From NCBI GenBank assembly GCA_010909165.1, contig MU008191.1:186001-250000 (forward strand): DNA of 64,000 bases, given 5' to 3'. A model generated the notes under the pieces. The model did no database searches and was not told the origin of the DNA. It saw nothing but the letters and a program-made list of their open reading frames with translations. Each line of letters begins with the position of its first letter. The stretch's first letter is position 1. The position numbers were made by a program, and so were the translations under genes. This document shows positions 36,501 through 49,884 of this stretch, piece by piece. This stretch comes from Anthoceros angustus. Its lineage: Eukaryota; Plantae; Anthocerotophyta.

Positions 36501-37221
36501 TCAAGCCTCCCTTCCGCAGACCAGCTTTTCGGCTGCAACCCCTTGGGGGCTCGGCCTGGCCGTTGGGCACCTGTGTCGCATGTGCGTTACGGTGATGCGT
36601 GCATTCCATCGGCTGCTTCATGTGAAATTGGGCGCAGCAGGCCCGACACATGCGTGGCCTTCGTCCAGGGGAAAGGAGAAACAAAGTGTACACTTCAGTC
36701 ACCGCGGTGTTAGTCGACCCAGTGTTAGCAGACAGGAATCTGGTCCAGAATTAGGGCATCAGGCTGCGACCAGGGTCAATCGGACAATCCCCCTGCTCCC
36801 GACACATAGCAACAAGGCAGAATTTGTGTGCTCGATAAGATGCCGGTCAAAGGCGGGGGGGCATGCACGTCGTAGTGCAGCCTGACACAGCACGCAGTGT
36901 CAGGCGACTTGTGGTCCGCAGACTCCAGCTTCCATGAGTCAGACGCAACCCGAGTCCAGGACCGAGCAGTTTGCTTCCCCCGAGGGCTCATCACTTGCAA
37001 CGCCACCCACTACGAGTTTGGCAGGACGCGGGAGGAAGGAAGGGACTGAGGAAATGTCTGTCTGCTCGATTGTCCAGCTGCCGGAACTTCCTGGGGAAGC
37101 TTCGGGGATTGTGTTGATGTGCGGGGGGGACTAGAACTCGTTACTGGTACAGGATGGAAGGCTGATCTGGGCTTCTAGAAGACGGCAGTGCGACAGGTCT
37201 CCTGGCCCAGCCTCTGTCCCC

Positions 37222-40200
37222 TCACCCGAGCTCCACGCTGGCCGCGTCGCCTTGCTTCACCACCACGTCAACCAGGTCGAAGCCTTGTGCGATGTCGCTG
37301 TAAGCTTGGGACACGATGAGAACGGTGCCTTGTGCCAGGTCTCGCAGCGCCGAAATCACTCTCGCCTTGCCCTCCCCGTCCAGATGCTGCAGTGCAGAGC
37401 GGTTGCCCGACATTAGAGAGATGGCATGACTTGGAGAGGGCGTTCAACTTCACTTTATCAGAGAGATGGCATGACATGACGAGGGAGTTCAACTTCACAT
37501 TTGTCTTGCGTCATGACAGGTGCTTCTTACCTGTAGCACCTCGTCCAGAACCAGAAGATCACAGTGTAGGCCGCCTCTCTCGGCTGCAAGCTCAGCATAC
37601 CCTAAGGCCAGTGCCAGTGCCTGCAAGCGAGATGTGTAGACGACCATAAGCTTGATCAACATCCACATGAACGAACATACATGAACTGGGTGAAAGCAGG
37701 ACAAGAGCATGTGCCACTCACCAGCCTGCGACGCTCACCCCCGCTCAGCTGACGGATGGAACGTTCCTCGGTCGTGCCGTCCGCCAAACGGACAACAGCG
37801 ATCTTCTCGATGCTCTCCACACTAGTCTTGGTTGATTTCCGTTCCCTGGTAGGGTTCAACAATAGGTCTAATGACCCGCCGGAGAAAGCATGCGCGAAAC
37901 GAGCTGTCCGTTCTTGCAGCTCTGCCAATGCACTTTCCAACACGTAGCTCTGCAGCACGGACACAGAGGCATCATGTGTGTGAGCCCCATGTGAACAAAG
38001 GCACCAAGATGGAAGATACCGAGGCACTGGAAGATCCCTAGTACCTGGATACCGCTGTGGCCAAATGCTGCATCTATCTCCTTCAACCATAGAGCAGACT
38101 GCTTTGCTTGCTCGAGGGAGGCCACCTTCTCCTGCAGTTCCTTCTCTACTCGGGTTTGGTACTCGGAGAGGGACCTGTACTCTGCTGCATAAAGGTTTTT
38201 CTCAGTTCTTGCCACGTCCAGGGTCCGCTTCACATCCTGCAACCTCCTGGTGCACACCCTTGCATCAGCCACTTTTCCGTTAAGCTCCACAACCAGCTGT
38301 CTCAGTTGTTCCAGTTTTGGTTCAAGGGAGTCATCGAAAGAAAGAGCTTGATTCTGGCTTTCGTCACGTTCTGGATGCACATTTTGAGAGTGCAGCTCAG
38401 GGGACATGTCCTTCAGTTCACGTGAGATGAAGCTGCAAGCTTCCTCCACACAAACTTTCGCGGATGCAACGGCCTCCCAAGTTCTGTTCACCTGCCGAAA
38501 CAGTCCATTGAAAGTATGAAGACTGCAGAGGGTAAGAATACTGTCACGTAAAGCCTTATCAATCCAGAAACTCACCCGAGCAAGAACCTTGTTGGACTTT
38601 GCCTTCTGCGAAGCACGTGCACTTGCTTGCTGTTGGTTCATCTCCACCATTGCTGCAGTCAAAGATAAACTTTTTTGTGCTATCTCCGATCTTGCCTGGA
38701 AATGCGAAGGTCTGTCAGTCACAGCATTTCGAGTTACCTCAGCCAGTACCTAGCAAACTTCACAAAGAAGAGGAGATTTGCAACACTCACTGCTTCAAGA
38801 TTCACTATCCGCTGCTGCAAGGCAGTAATGTCCTTCCATAAACGTGTTACGTGCTCAGAAATATGACTCGCAGAAATATCCTGGTGACAATGGTCACAGA
38901 ACAGTGTGTTCGAAGTGCTCTCCTGGAACTTCTTCAGCGTATTCGCCCTCTGCCTTACAGCATCTAGTGCGTGTTTGTGCTGAAACATTCAGAGTCATTT
39001 CCATTCAGAGACATCCAGGAGACTGCTTGCATCTCTGTAGTGCATCCAAGACTCCTAGTCCGTTCATCCCTACTGCAAGGGTGGAAATGCTGACCTCTAC
39101 TTCAATCTCTGTTTGCTGTCTCACAAGTGAATCACGTTCCTCTGACCTCATGCTAATGGTCGTACCAGTGGGTTCTTGTAGAGGAACGGAATCAGAGACC
39201 AAAAACTGCTCCAGAGAAATTGCAAAAGAATCCCACTCCCTTACAGAGTCTAGCACCATCTGCAAACAGCGAGTGCAATCTGCTGATGCTCTTCTCAGCT
39301 CTGCTTGAGCGAGATGAAGTTCAGACTCCATACGAGACAGCTTTCTGGCCCTGGAAATAAGAAGAAGAGGTGTGACCAAACTATGCACATCACTGCTGCT
39401 CCTTCAAACACTGTATCACCGAAAGACTGGCTATTTCCAGACACCTCCTCTCACATGCATCACAGGAGATTAAATGGAACCACTTACTGTGATTGCTCCC
39501 AATCTTGCACACGTTGATGTGAAAGCTTCACCTACAGGTCGGACAACTCAATACACAGCTGAGGTAAGCAAGGATTTCGTTCTGGTCACGCACGTAGTTG
39601 ATGTCCCATTGTTATGTGCAATGCTACATGTCTGAGTGGAAAGGGAAAAATGGTGTAAAATTCCTCTTCTGCACCTGATCTGAGAGCTGCATATTTTGTT
39701 CGGATAATTGTGCAGCCGCCCCTCCCATGTTCTCTACTTGATCTCGCACATGCCTAAGATCTGTGGTGCTTTTCTCCTTTGCTGCAAACCAAATTTCCAT
39801 CAAGACTACTCTGCTGAGCTCCTCCTGCAGAACCAATGCTGTCATGAGAGACCTATACTTGATAACCTGAAAGCATAGAAACCTTGGCTACATCTTACCT
39901 TGAAAGTTTTGTCATTGGCTTCAAGCAATCCACCAACCCCATACTGCCCATGAAAAACGGCTCGGTGCAATAGAGTCGTATTTCTGGGAGCCGCGTATGT
40001 CAGAATACATAACTACTAATATGGTAAGTGCCATGCCAGTCCAAAGCAGGGGTACTGGCAAGGGTGATTAACAGATACACTTACAAGGATGCGTCGATTC
40101 GTTCTTGAGTCAACTTAATCTCCTGGCATGTTTGATCCTCTCCATCCAAAATAAATCTCAGTGATTTCCGACTGAAACCAGCATATACGCCGGTAAGCAA

Positions 40201-42805
40201 TGTAGAACACCGACCATCACAAAAAGGAACAACCATTCTGTGTCACATTACCTGCCTGCCGTACGCTCTATCATAAAAGGCTTCTCATTGACTGTGCCCT
40301 CCACCTGGACTCGAGCTCGTTTAGACTTGTGATGGACAACGTCGGATGCTGTTAAGCCTTTCGCTGAGTCTGGTCGAGGATCTGTCGAACCTGAAATAGA
40401 AGTTACAGCATACCGGACATTGGTACACAGATCTTAAGGGAAAGCAATCACTTGGGACACAAGAACAGACTTACCTGTGATTGCCCATAGGGGAGCCATT
40501 ACAAGTGTCGTTTTCCCAGCACCATTACTATCGGCTCCATAGGAATCTGAGTTTCTACCAGAAACAACCCTTATTCCCCGCTGTGCAAGTGGATATGTCA
40601 CAGGATCCAAAAAGGGGCCAAATCCCTCCAGCTCAACAGACTTCAACACCAGCCAAACTACAAGGGACAAAGAGAGCTTCAGTAAGATAACAGCAAACAG
40701 AAAGACACAATCACAACAGATTTCTGGAGCACTTGAGAAAACCTTGAGGCCTCTGAATGGCATTGGCAGGCAATGACAACGCATGGAGGATCTCTACAGC
40801 CATTTTAGTGGCCCCAATACTCATGTTCACACTCTTTGCATACAGTCTGAAGAGTTCAAATGCATTCTGCAAGGTCAACAAATGAAGTAAAAACCCAAGC
40901 TGAAAAATAAAATATTCCAAGAGAGAAAAGCTCACCGTAGTGAAATCAGCCACCTCTACTGACCAGGTCCTCAGCATTCTCGATGCGGGGTCTCGGAGCA
41001 ATGCTCGGAAAGACAATGTCAATATGCACTCCTTCACGCTTGAGCTTAGTCTGTTCCAAAAGCCAGGTGATCCTTTGTGAAATTTACGACTGGATTGGGC
41101 ACAAACTCATGTAGCACCCGAAAACGTCCATACGCAACCACAATACAAGCACTTCAGAACAAGGTCATACAGAACAGGCTACCAGGAGTTTTTTTGCAGG
41201 GTTTGACAGCGTTTCAGTTGGCAGGAGCCAGCGTACACGGTCACCTTTTCGGAGAGATTTTATGGCATCTGTGTCTAGTATTTCATTTTCATAAATATAA
41301 TGGCGTGGCCCAATGTCAATGGGGATCTCACCAACTTTCTGCAGGATCAGGAAATTCACAATGGTTAGAGACATTCATAGCTTGAACGTAAACATGGCCA
41401 AAGAAATCAAACGAGTTGCAGCATCACACCCAAAGTTGCCCATCCAATACTGCTTACTTACTTCCCACTGGTGATTAAGAAGCAAAAGCCTCTTTGCCTG
41501 TCCACTTTCGCTGGCAGAAACCTGATAGGGCGAGCCAACGTACTCAATCTGACTGCCATTAACAACATGCGGCTTGTGGTAGTGGCCCGTAAAAACTGGC
41601 AGATGTGAAGGGAAAATGGATGGATCAATGCCATCGCTTGCCTGACGTTGCTCACTCATATATGCCCCAACCTGATGCGGCTCACACCTGTTCCTGGTTA
41701 GTCATGAGTACCCAGATTCTAACAGCCAAGGGAAAACGAAGCAACTCACACATGACTGCGCACCACATCAAGATGGGCGAAGATGACCCTTGTATCAGAA
41801 TGGCTTGTCACAGCATCCTTGATAACACCTGGCTCTCGTCGAAAGGGTAGCCACAATGCTCCCAAGTACTGAGTGGGCTCTGATATAACTTTAATATAGT
41901 AATTTGTAGCTTCCAGCACACTGAGAGCATGAACCTCCCCGCCATGATTGACCTGCAGAGTGATGTATAAAACTTGATACGCTCATGGTAGTGAGCTGCG
42001 ACTGGGTATCTTCAGAGGGTGCTACGAGAAAGACCTGGTCATGGTTGCCCGGTATGAAAATTGTTGGACAGGACCATGTCTGCAGCTCAGAGACGGCCAA
42101 GTTCAACAGCTCCACTGGGAGAGCTCCTCTCGCATGCCAAAAGTCTCCTAAGAATATTATTCCTGCATTCCTGGACAGCACACAATCTACAGCTGAGAGC
42201 TTGAGCAATACAAGAGAGCAGGCCCTGACCTGCTGTCTCCACAGGGAGGACAAAAAGTCTCACCTTGCAGATGCCTCGGCATGCACAGTTTGAAGGACTT
42301 CCAAGCAGATGTCAGCAGTTCTCCTGCTCAAGTGCAGGTCCGAGAAAACCACCCATGTCTTCACCTCTGCCCATATATCGGCATCCGTGAGCAGTCCCTG
42401 AAGCAAAAGAAAGATGTCGGTCAACATTTGCTCTCCACTAACTGGTCCCATTCTTCACCGACGCACCTTCAAACACTCTACCTTCAGCCTCTGTGCTGAA
42501 GCTGCAAAAGGCGACAAGTTCGGATGCACAAACTCATCTGGCACCGCGGTGTTCTGTTCTGCTTTCAACCCTCGGAGTAAGCTTTCCTGAAAATGCAAAC
42601 TTGCCGCAACGCAGCGAAGCAGTCTCGGTCCTTTTCCACTCTTCCTTGACAGCGGGTGCTCAAGATCATGTCCAGACTTCAGCTGAGCCAATCCTTGCAC
42701 CCTCCAGTGAACCAGCCTCACGCAATAGCATCTCAAACCGACGTCTTTGTATCTCACAAGAACAGAGAACGGCAAACGCAGAACTCCAGGCCTTGCGAGC
42801 ACCAT
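37222..42805 (-). CDS. Single-chain SbcD/Mre11-like metallophosphoesterase nuclease fused to SbcC/Rad50-like SMC ABC-ATPase, with a putative organellar transit peptide (multi-exon)
   Basis: Nuclease motifs: FSDLH, LGDFWH, PGNHD, FAH, FTGHYHKPH, YVGSPYQ. ATPase motifs: LEGFGPF, SNGAGKTT (Walker A), FHGQ (Q-loop), coiled coils, CDHC zinc hook (38887-38898), LSGGERRRL, LLVLDEVLQHLD (Walker B/D-loop). The linker splices in frame (RPQ|VWLVLKSVELEGF). Confidence 0.9.
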
Positions 42806-45558
42806 GACTAGGAAAAAGCCGGGGCCAACGTCCTCATCGAAGAAGCAGCTCCTCCGCCAATCTGTAGCCCAAGCTGCATTGGCACCGTGGTCCTCGTAAG
42901 CTTATGGGCATTTCAGCTTGCTCCGCCGATCAAAGAACTGGGCGCTTCACTAGCGTGCAAGAAGATGAAGGGCAGCTGAAATTCTTTAAAAGATCGGGGA
43001 AAGCCGCTTCATTTTCGCCCTTTGCCTGCATACTGCATGGGGATGATGCGCGGACAATTAGAGAGAGGCCACTTTGTACATACTGCCTTATTCATTGTCA
43101 GCTCGGAAGGTGATCGGCTCAAGCATTTCGATGGCACTAAATGCTTTCCTTTGTTTTTTACGCGGGCGTCCTACTGCCTTCAAAACTCAGCAAACTTCAG
43201 ACTCTTTGCTCATCGTTCCTGACAGCCTCACTGAATCCCTGGCCACGTCCCTCCTCCCGCCACCCAATCCAGCCGAGAGTTAGTGCAGTTCGGACACGCC
43301 AGCGGTGCCGAAAATTGATTGGGCCTGGACAGTCAGGCCAATACGTCCAAGGACACCGGAACCGGATGCAATTGGAGCCATTCTTCGTCCAGGAACCAGA
43401 TAATTTCCGCAATTTGCAGCTCTCGAGGATGCTGATGACGAGCCCAAGAAGAGACGATGGCGGCTGCGGCCGTCCTGGACTCCTGCGCAAGGGCCTGCAG
43501 AAGTTGCCATGGTCTTGTGAAGACGCGACCTTGGCGTGTGGGCGTTTGTGGCGGGCGGGATGGCACTTCAGGTGCAGGAGGATTGATCAGACGGGGCCCG
43601 TCACAGAAATCTGGAGATGTGTAATAAAGCCGAAAGATTTGGTGAAGCATCGCGTTGCCTGGAGCGGCGTGGGGAGGAGGGCCCGGGGTGCTGTCTCCGA
43701 GGCGAGCTGCATGCAAATGATAGTCGGGCCGGGGAATGACGAGCCTTGGGTGGACCCGGGCTGGCTTGTTACCAACGCACATTCATGACATATGGTCATG
43801 AGGCTGTTAGTACGGGATCACACACACAGCAAATGGAGAGGCTCCTTCTTACTATCACTCGTCAAAGGATTACATCAGCCAGCTTGCCTAAACTCAAGCA
43901 CGAGGGCTTACGTAATATCGTTTCTTCCCAACAATCTGGCTTTGGGCTACAGCGTAATGGCAATCCATTACCTACAAATGCTATTCGTATGCACCGTGCA
44001 GACTAACGCTACCGTCGTCCCTCAATCTCGAACGTATCAAAGGAAGGGGTCCTCCAGTGGAGTGCTGCAGGGATGACTTGATACCCTCAACTCGTACGCC
44101 GAACACCTTGTCTCACAGATCGACCTAGAAGAGGACTCGGACAAAAGAGATATCTAGCTTGTAGGAGCGAAGGCCATAGCTCCATACAGGAACCGAGCTT
44201 TTCGTTTCAAACAAGGAGGTCACCTCTTATAGCAGGCCCTTGTTTCTACCTTAAAAATCTCTACGTAAGACTACGCCCCCTGCTCAATTCCCTAGGTCTT
44301 TCTAACATAAGGAACATGCTACATGCTTGGATCATTTCCTATTTCCAGCAGTCTACGTATGACCAGGCTCTAGCACGGCTTTCCACGTAAACAGCTCTTT
44401 CCCCTAACAGTGGCACGCCCCCTGGCCGCTGCCTGGCCCGTAGATCCCCTGGTCATGAGGTCAGGAAAACCAAAAAGCCGAGATATGTCCTTCTTGTTCT
44501 GACACACTTACAAATATCCCCACACACACATACCTAGGTAGACATGGAATTCCATGAGTGGCCCAATGATGTGTACACACCACACCAGCCTGTGACATTC
44601 ATCGGGCTCAAAGATAGTCAAGGCCCCGGAGCGAACTTGAGTAAAGCTTACCACGATCCTAACTCAAACACAGCTCGAATCGTGTCCAGCAGTTCACACA
44701 AAGGAATCCTAAGCTCTAGTTGTTACTCACATATTCTCCCAGCCTGGATAAGAACCTTACGCAGGCTTCTTGCTCGTACATGATTCCTCTTCCTCGTGAG
44801 GGATGGGTGCATAAGAACTCCCCTTCCACTCCTATACGAGCTTTTGCATTAGCTTCACAAGTTCCTCAGGCGGCTCACCCTCAGCCTCATTCGAATGTAT
44901 CCCAAGTGAATCCACCAACAATTTCTTATGTGCCCCAGAGGTCAGGTTGCTCTCCCCCAAACTTCGTTACCAATTTCAGGAATTCTCACATTATGGGGAC
45001 CAACGCCAGTATACGACACCTTTCCTAAGTAACGTTAAGAAGGGACTTAGCAGAGCATGCCAACCAAAATACTCACGTGACCTTCCTCACACTCTTAGCA
45101 TGGCTAACCAAGCAAGCAAATCCGCATGGTTGGAGGGGCAAATGTGGTCACAGCAAGATCCATCCACTTTCATCACCTCAACATCTGCAGAAACTTGATG
45201 TAACCATATACGCGACCTTAGATGAGACCAACATACTTTGACATGCTACGGACCATTCGAATAGACTACTCCTCAGAGATACGGCTAAGGGCCCCTCAAA
45301 CACTCAAAGTCCTCGATAGGACACCAGGCATTATGCCTTTCACGGTAAGCTTAAGCTAACCACAACTTCACCTCTTGCTTGTATCATGGGTCATGAAGGC
45401 AAAACCAGTACCAGCCATGTGCATTTCAAGACAAGCTAGAACTAAATTAAAATTTTTAAGTTGCATAGAAGCAAATGATGACTTTCACTTTTGGAACATA
45501 GTGCATAAAAATCTGATTGAAGTAAAAGCTAAAAGATTATGATACTATTGATACTGAA

Positions 45559-45660
45559 CATGAAAATGCAACTAAAGGTTTCATGTTTAGCAATGTGATA
45601 TCTTATGTGCATGAAAATGCAACTAAAGGTTTCATGTTTAGCTATGTGATATCTTATGTG
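45559..45660. repeat. 51-bp direct tandem duplication
   Basis: catgaaaatgcaactaaaggtttcatgtttagc[a/t]atgtgatatcttatgtg at 45559 and 45610. Confidence 0.95.
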
Positions 45661-45902
45661 AGATGATGGCAGGCTTGACAGTATAGATAAAACATGGATC
45701 ATAAGAAGTTGGATTGTTTTATTGGTGAGACCTCATAAGAGCTCGGGTGAGTGAGGCTCAAGGACCTCACTTGGACAAATTTCAAGAACTTGGATAGTTT
45801 CAAAAAAAATAAGCATAAAATTGTTGAGCTGAGAATGATAAAAATCATATGTACATAATTTTTATAAAATAGTATAAAAAATTCAACTTCTATTGAATTT
45901 TG

Positions 45903-48900
45903 TTAAGGAGACGCCTCCTTAGAAGGAACGGGCTGAACAACATGATTCCCTCCCGTTCTCTTAGTAAACATCAAACGCACACTTGGTCCTAGCTTTTCGT
46001 TAAGTTTAATCATGATTAAGAACAAGCATCTGTAGAGAAAAACTTGTACAAAAATAATACCAAGATTCGTCCATTTGCCCCTGCTTTCCGGAACTTGATA
46101 ATACTGACGGACTACTTCTTCCCCACTAATCAATACTTGATTTTGCGGATAGTCTCTGGGCCGAAACTGCAGGCCTAAAAAGTCGTTCTCGAATAATCCC
46201 TGTCCACCCCCACATTCTCTATTAGCTTAAAAGGATGAATTATGGACGATGGAAAGAATAACTAAACATAATAGGTACCTATTACGCTTCACGATGAACT
46301 AGATCAGCATAAGGAGAAAAAACAAAATGCTGGATTTGCTATTGGCTAGATAAGAATCCGCACAGGTTGAAAATCCCAACCAAACGCACCTGAAAGCCAT
46401 AGGTGTGAAAAGCGATGTAGGAGATAGGGTACCGCCACACGGGCTTGGGCAGGTCATTGGGCAGGCGGAAGAAACCACCGTTTAGCATGAAAAAACCCTA
46501 CAGTCCACCGTGAGCGTTAGATACAGACCTTTGCGTAAGACTTCTCAAGGTCCGAATAGAATGAAAAAGGAAGCCAAACAGACCTGAATTCCAGCTCCGA
46601 TGATTATGCCCATGAGGAAGTTTGGGACTACGCTTGAGATTGCCATCATCAAGCCCTCCACAGCAGATGTGGTGGAGAAGATGATCAAGACGAAGTAAAG
46701 GAAGTGGATAAAGCCGGGATGCAGGTCCACCAGGAAGTACATAGAGGCTCCAGAAATGAAAGCGATGAGCAATAGGAATGGAAGAGAAGAGAGGGTGCTA
46801 CTGATGACAAAAGCTCCCACCCCATAGTGCCCGTTGAGCCGCTCTCGAGAGAACACCTGCTAGTATTGAGTTAGGTTGTGAGACTCTTGTCATTGCCAAG
46901 CTTGGAGTAAGCAACAAAGTCATGCAAAGTGTACCTTCATCTCCTCTACAAAAGAAGGGAATCCCCCAATGGCCATGAAGGTGAGGAAGCTAACGACAAA
47001 TGCCAAGCACGATGCTCTTGCCTGTACCAGCACCACCAACAACACGCAAGGAAAGATGTTAAGAACAACGACTAGGCTGCACAGAATGGAGATATGGGGA
47101 CCTGAGTCGAAATGCTCACTCACCTGTATGGCATTATAGCTATTGCCGACGTTGTAGAATATGGTTCCGATGGCCAGGCACAGAGCAAGATACATTGCAA
47201 GACGTAGCCAGTAGTAACCCACGTCTCTGGACATGTTGACGAAGGACCTTCGAGTGAGGGTGAAACACTGCATCAGGGTGCTGGCTTCGCTTCCTGTCGA
47301 CTCTTGCAAGGAGCCATTCTGCAATAAGTCGATGTGATTTAGCTATGCATGATGGAGAAGGCATCGCCAAACAGAAGCAGGGATGGTCGTGCTTGGTGTT
47401 GGAAAGGAGACGACATACCATCTTAGAGATCTGTTCAGCAGTATCTGCGGCATTTTGAGCAAAACTGGATGACTTATACTTGCTCACTAGCATGTCCACT
47501 CGTGATGCGGTGGACATAGCTTTAAGAGGATCCGAATCTTCAGGATCAGCGGGGTCCTGATCATCCCAGCTAGCGCTCGGTGTCCGGGACGCCTGCACAT
47601 GCCACATGTGATGAGATCGAAGAGCACAACAAGGTGTAAACGCGAGATGGTGGGAAGGTAGATGAATTCCCACCGGCAGAACTCTGCGAGATCCTTGAAC
47701 AGCAACCGAGACTTTGTCGAAGTCCGAGTTGATTGCACGAAGAAAATGGTCCGCTGGATTCCGCCATGGTGGACAAGGTATACCAGCATCCAGAAAATGC
47801 TGATTCAACACGGGACATCCAGTCACCACATGTAAATGATATGCACTGGATTACGCATCCAAATCCTGATCCCTGCTCTACCAACCTGTTTAGCCTCCAC
47901 AGCGGCACCAAAGTATATCGTCCTGCCTCCAGATAGCAGGACGAGGTCGTCGAATAGCTCAAAGACTTCGCTGCTGGGCTGGTGAATAGAAGTGATGACA
48001 GTCCGTCCATCTCGAGCCAAATTCTTCAACGTAGTCGTAACAAAGAAGGCTGCAGCACTGCAACAAGCCCACCTCCCATTTCAGAACCGAATCAGTACGA
48101 GAAGAAACAAAAAACACAACTGCCAATGTGCACCATCCCCGCACACCTATCCAAGCCACTGGTAGGCTCATCCAGAAACAACAAGCGAGGCTTGGTGAGC
48201 AGCTCCAAGGCAATGGTGACCCGTCTCCTCTCACCCCCGCTCACCCCTCTGAGATGCCAATTCCCTATGGGCGTGTGCGCAGCTTCCTGAAGACCCATTT
48301 CCTGGATCGTGTTGTTAATAATCTCCATCTTCTGTGCCCTGGGCATCCTATCCGGAAGCCGGAAGAAAGCCGAGTACATTATAGTCTCAAACACGGTGAG
48401 AGTCCCGAGCAAGTTGTCATCCTGCGTCACATAGGCCTACAATCACAGCAACGATGAGCTCCCAAAGTGACAGTGACAGTAACAGTCCCAGTCCTAGTCC
48501 TAGTCCTAGTCCTAGTCCTAGTCCCAAAACTAGTCTCATTCCCTTAATGCCCACTTACCGCCACGCCGTAAGACAGCCTCTGCTTATTCCCATTGAGCCA
48601 AATGTGCCCCGTCTGCCTCGCATTCTTAGCCAGCCTCCCTGTCCAAATGACAATGTGATCCACCAAACCACTTCCTGTCAAGCATTGTGCGAGACCAGGT
48701 CCTTCCCGAAGGACCCAACAAAACTGTCACGTCCCACACACCTGCCAGAGTATCGAGAAGGGTGGATTTGCCGGAGCCAGAAGGCCCCATGATGGCAGTG
48801 ATCTGCCCAGGCTCTGCGTACCCAGTCACGCCATCCAGCAGAAGTCGAGATCTCCCTGAAGCCCATGACGCCGTCACACTGAGATTCCTCCAGGCCAGGT

Positions 48901-48940
48901 GAGCTCCAGGCCGATCGTGCTCGCCTCCGGACTGCGCCAT
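45903..48940 (-). CDS. ABCG half-transporter (WBC type, ABCG11/15-like; cuticle-lipid export by family analogy)
   Basis: [107 protein letters not shown] and [14 protein letters not shown]. The NBD-TMD order runs across GT-AG introns. Confidence 0.95.
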
Positions 48941-49574
48941 CTCATCTAAGCTGGCCGACTGGAAGCTGAACGCACTCTTAACGTATTCCGTGAGGTCGAC
49001 ACTGCTTCCGAGTGTCGGGACCTCCAGTCCGTACGGGGCTACCGTCGCTTGTCATCCGCTCCACAATGAAGGCAGTGTGTCAACAAGTTCCGCGAAAGAC
49101 ATCGGCACCCCACTTGGCTAAACATGCGACGGAGTCGGCTGGCTGTGGCAGTGGCAGTTTAGACTTCTGACTAATTGCGCGCAAGTTGAGCAACCACAAG
49201 CAGGCGGCTCGTCTTCCCACCGACACACGGTCCCTGCAACTCTTCCAAAAGCCGGCTATTCGTTCAAGACGCTGGAACCTTCTCACCTCATCTTTACAGC
49301 ACAAAAGAGTTTCTTTCTGTAAGCTGGGGGGTGGCCTACCTAAGCAGCTGGCGTTATTATACGCATGAGCACGCAGGTGTCGTAGGAACAGTCAACTACC
49401 GGCCCGGATCACAAACACGACGAAATAATAGCTACATTTCAAAAGCCCCATTTCGAAAGCCCTGTGAGAATAGCCCCGTCTAGTAGCGAAGTCCATGGGG
49501 GGCCCGCGATACTTGTGATGGCAACATGCTTCTAAAGCAACTTACACATGCTTCTCACAGGGCAACTCACACAT

Positions 49575-49884
49575 CGCAGCCCACCCATGCTCCTCACCGC
49601 AGCCCACCAACACTCCTCACCGCAGCCCACGCACACGCCTCATCGCAGCCCACGCACCCGCCTCATCGCAGCCCACGCACCCGCCTCATCGCAGCCCACC
49701 CATGCTCCTCACCGCAGCCCACCCATGCTCCTCACCGCAGCCCACACACACGCCTCATCGCAGCCCACGCACCCGCCTCATCGCAGCCCACCCATGCTCC
49801 TCACCGCAGCCCACCCATGCTCCTCACCGCAGCCCACGCACACGCCTCATCACAGCCCACGCAGACTCCTCATCGCAGCCCACG
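49575..49884. repeat. 23-bp minisatellite, about 14 units, two interleaved variants
   Basis: Core cgcagcccac recurs every 23 bp, followed by ccatgctcctcac or gcac[a/c]cgcctcat. Confidence 0.95.

Noticed and set aside
37222-42805. Bacterial contamination as the source of the SbcDC gene
   Set aside because: The gene has many GT-AG introns like its plant neighbours and an N-terminal leader.
49575-49884. CRISPR-like constant core with variable spacer
   Set aside because: The core is only 10 bp and the 13-bp variable parts are two recurring related variants, so this is a minisatellite.
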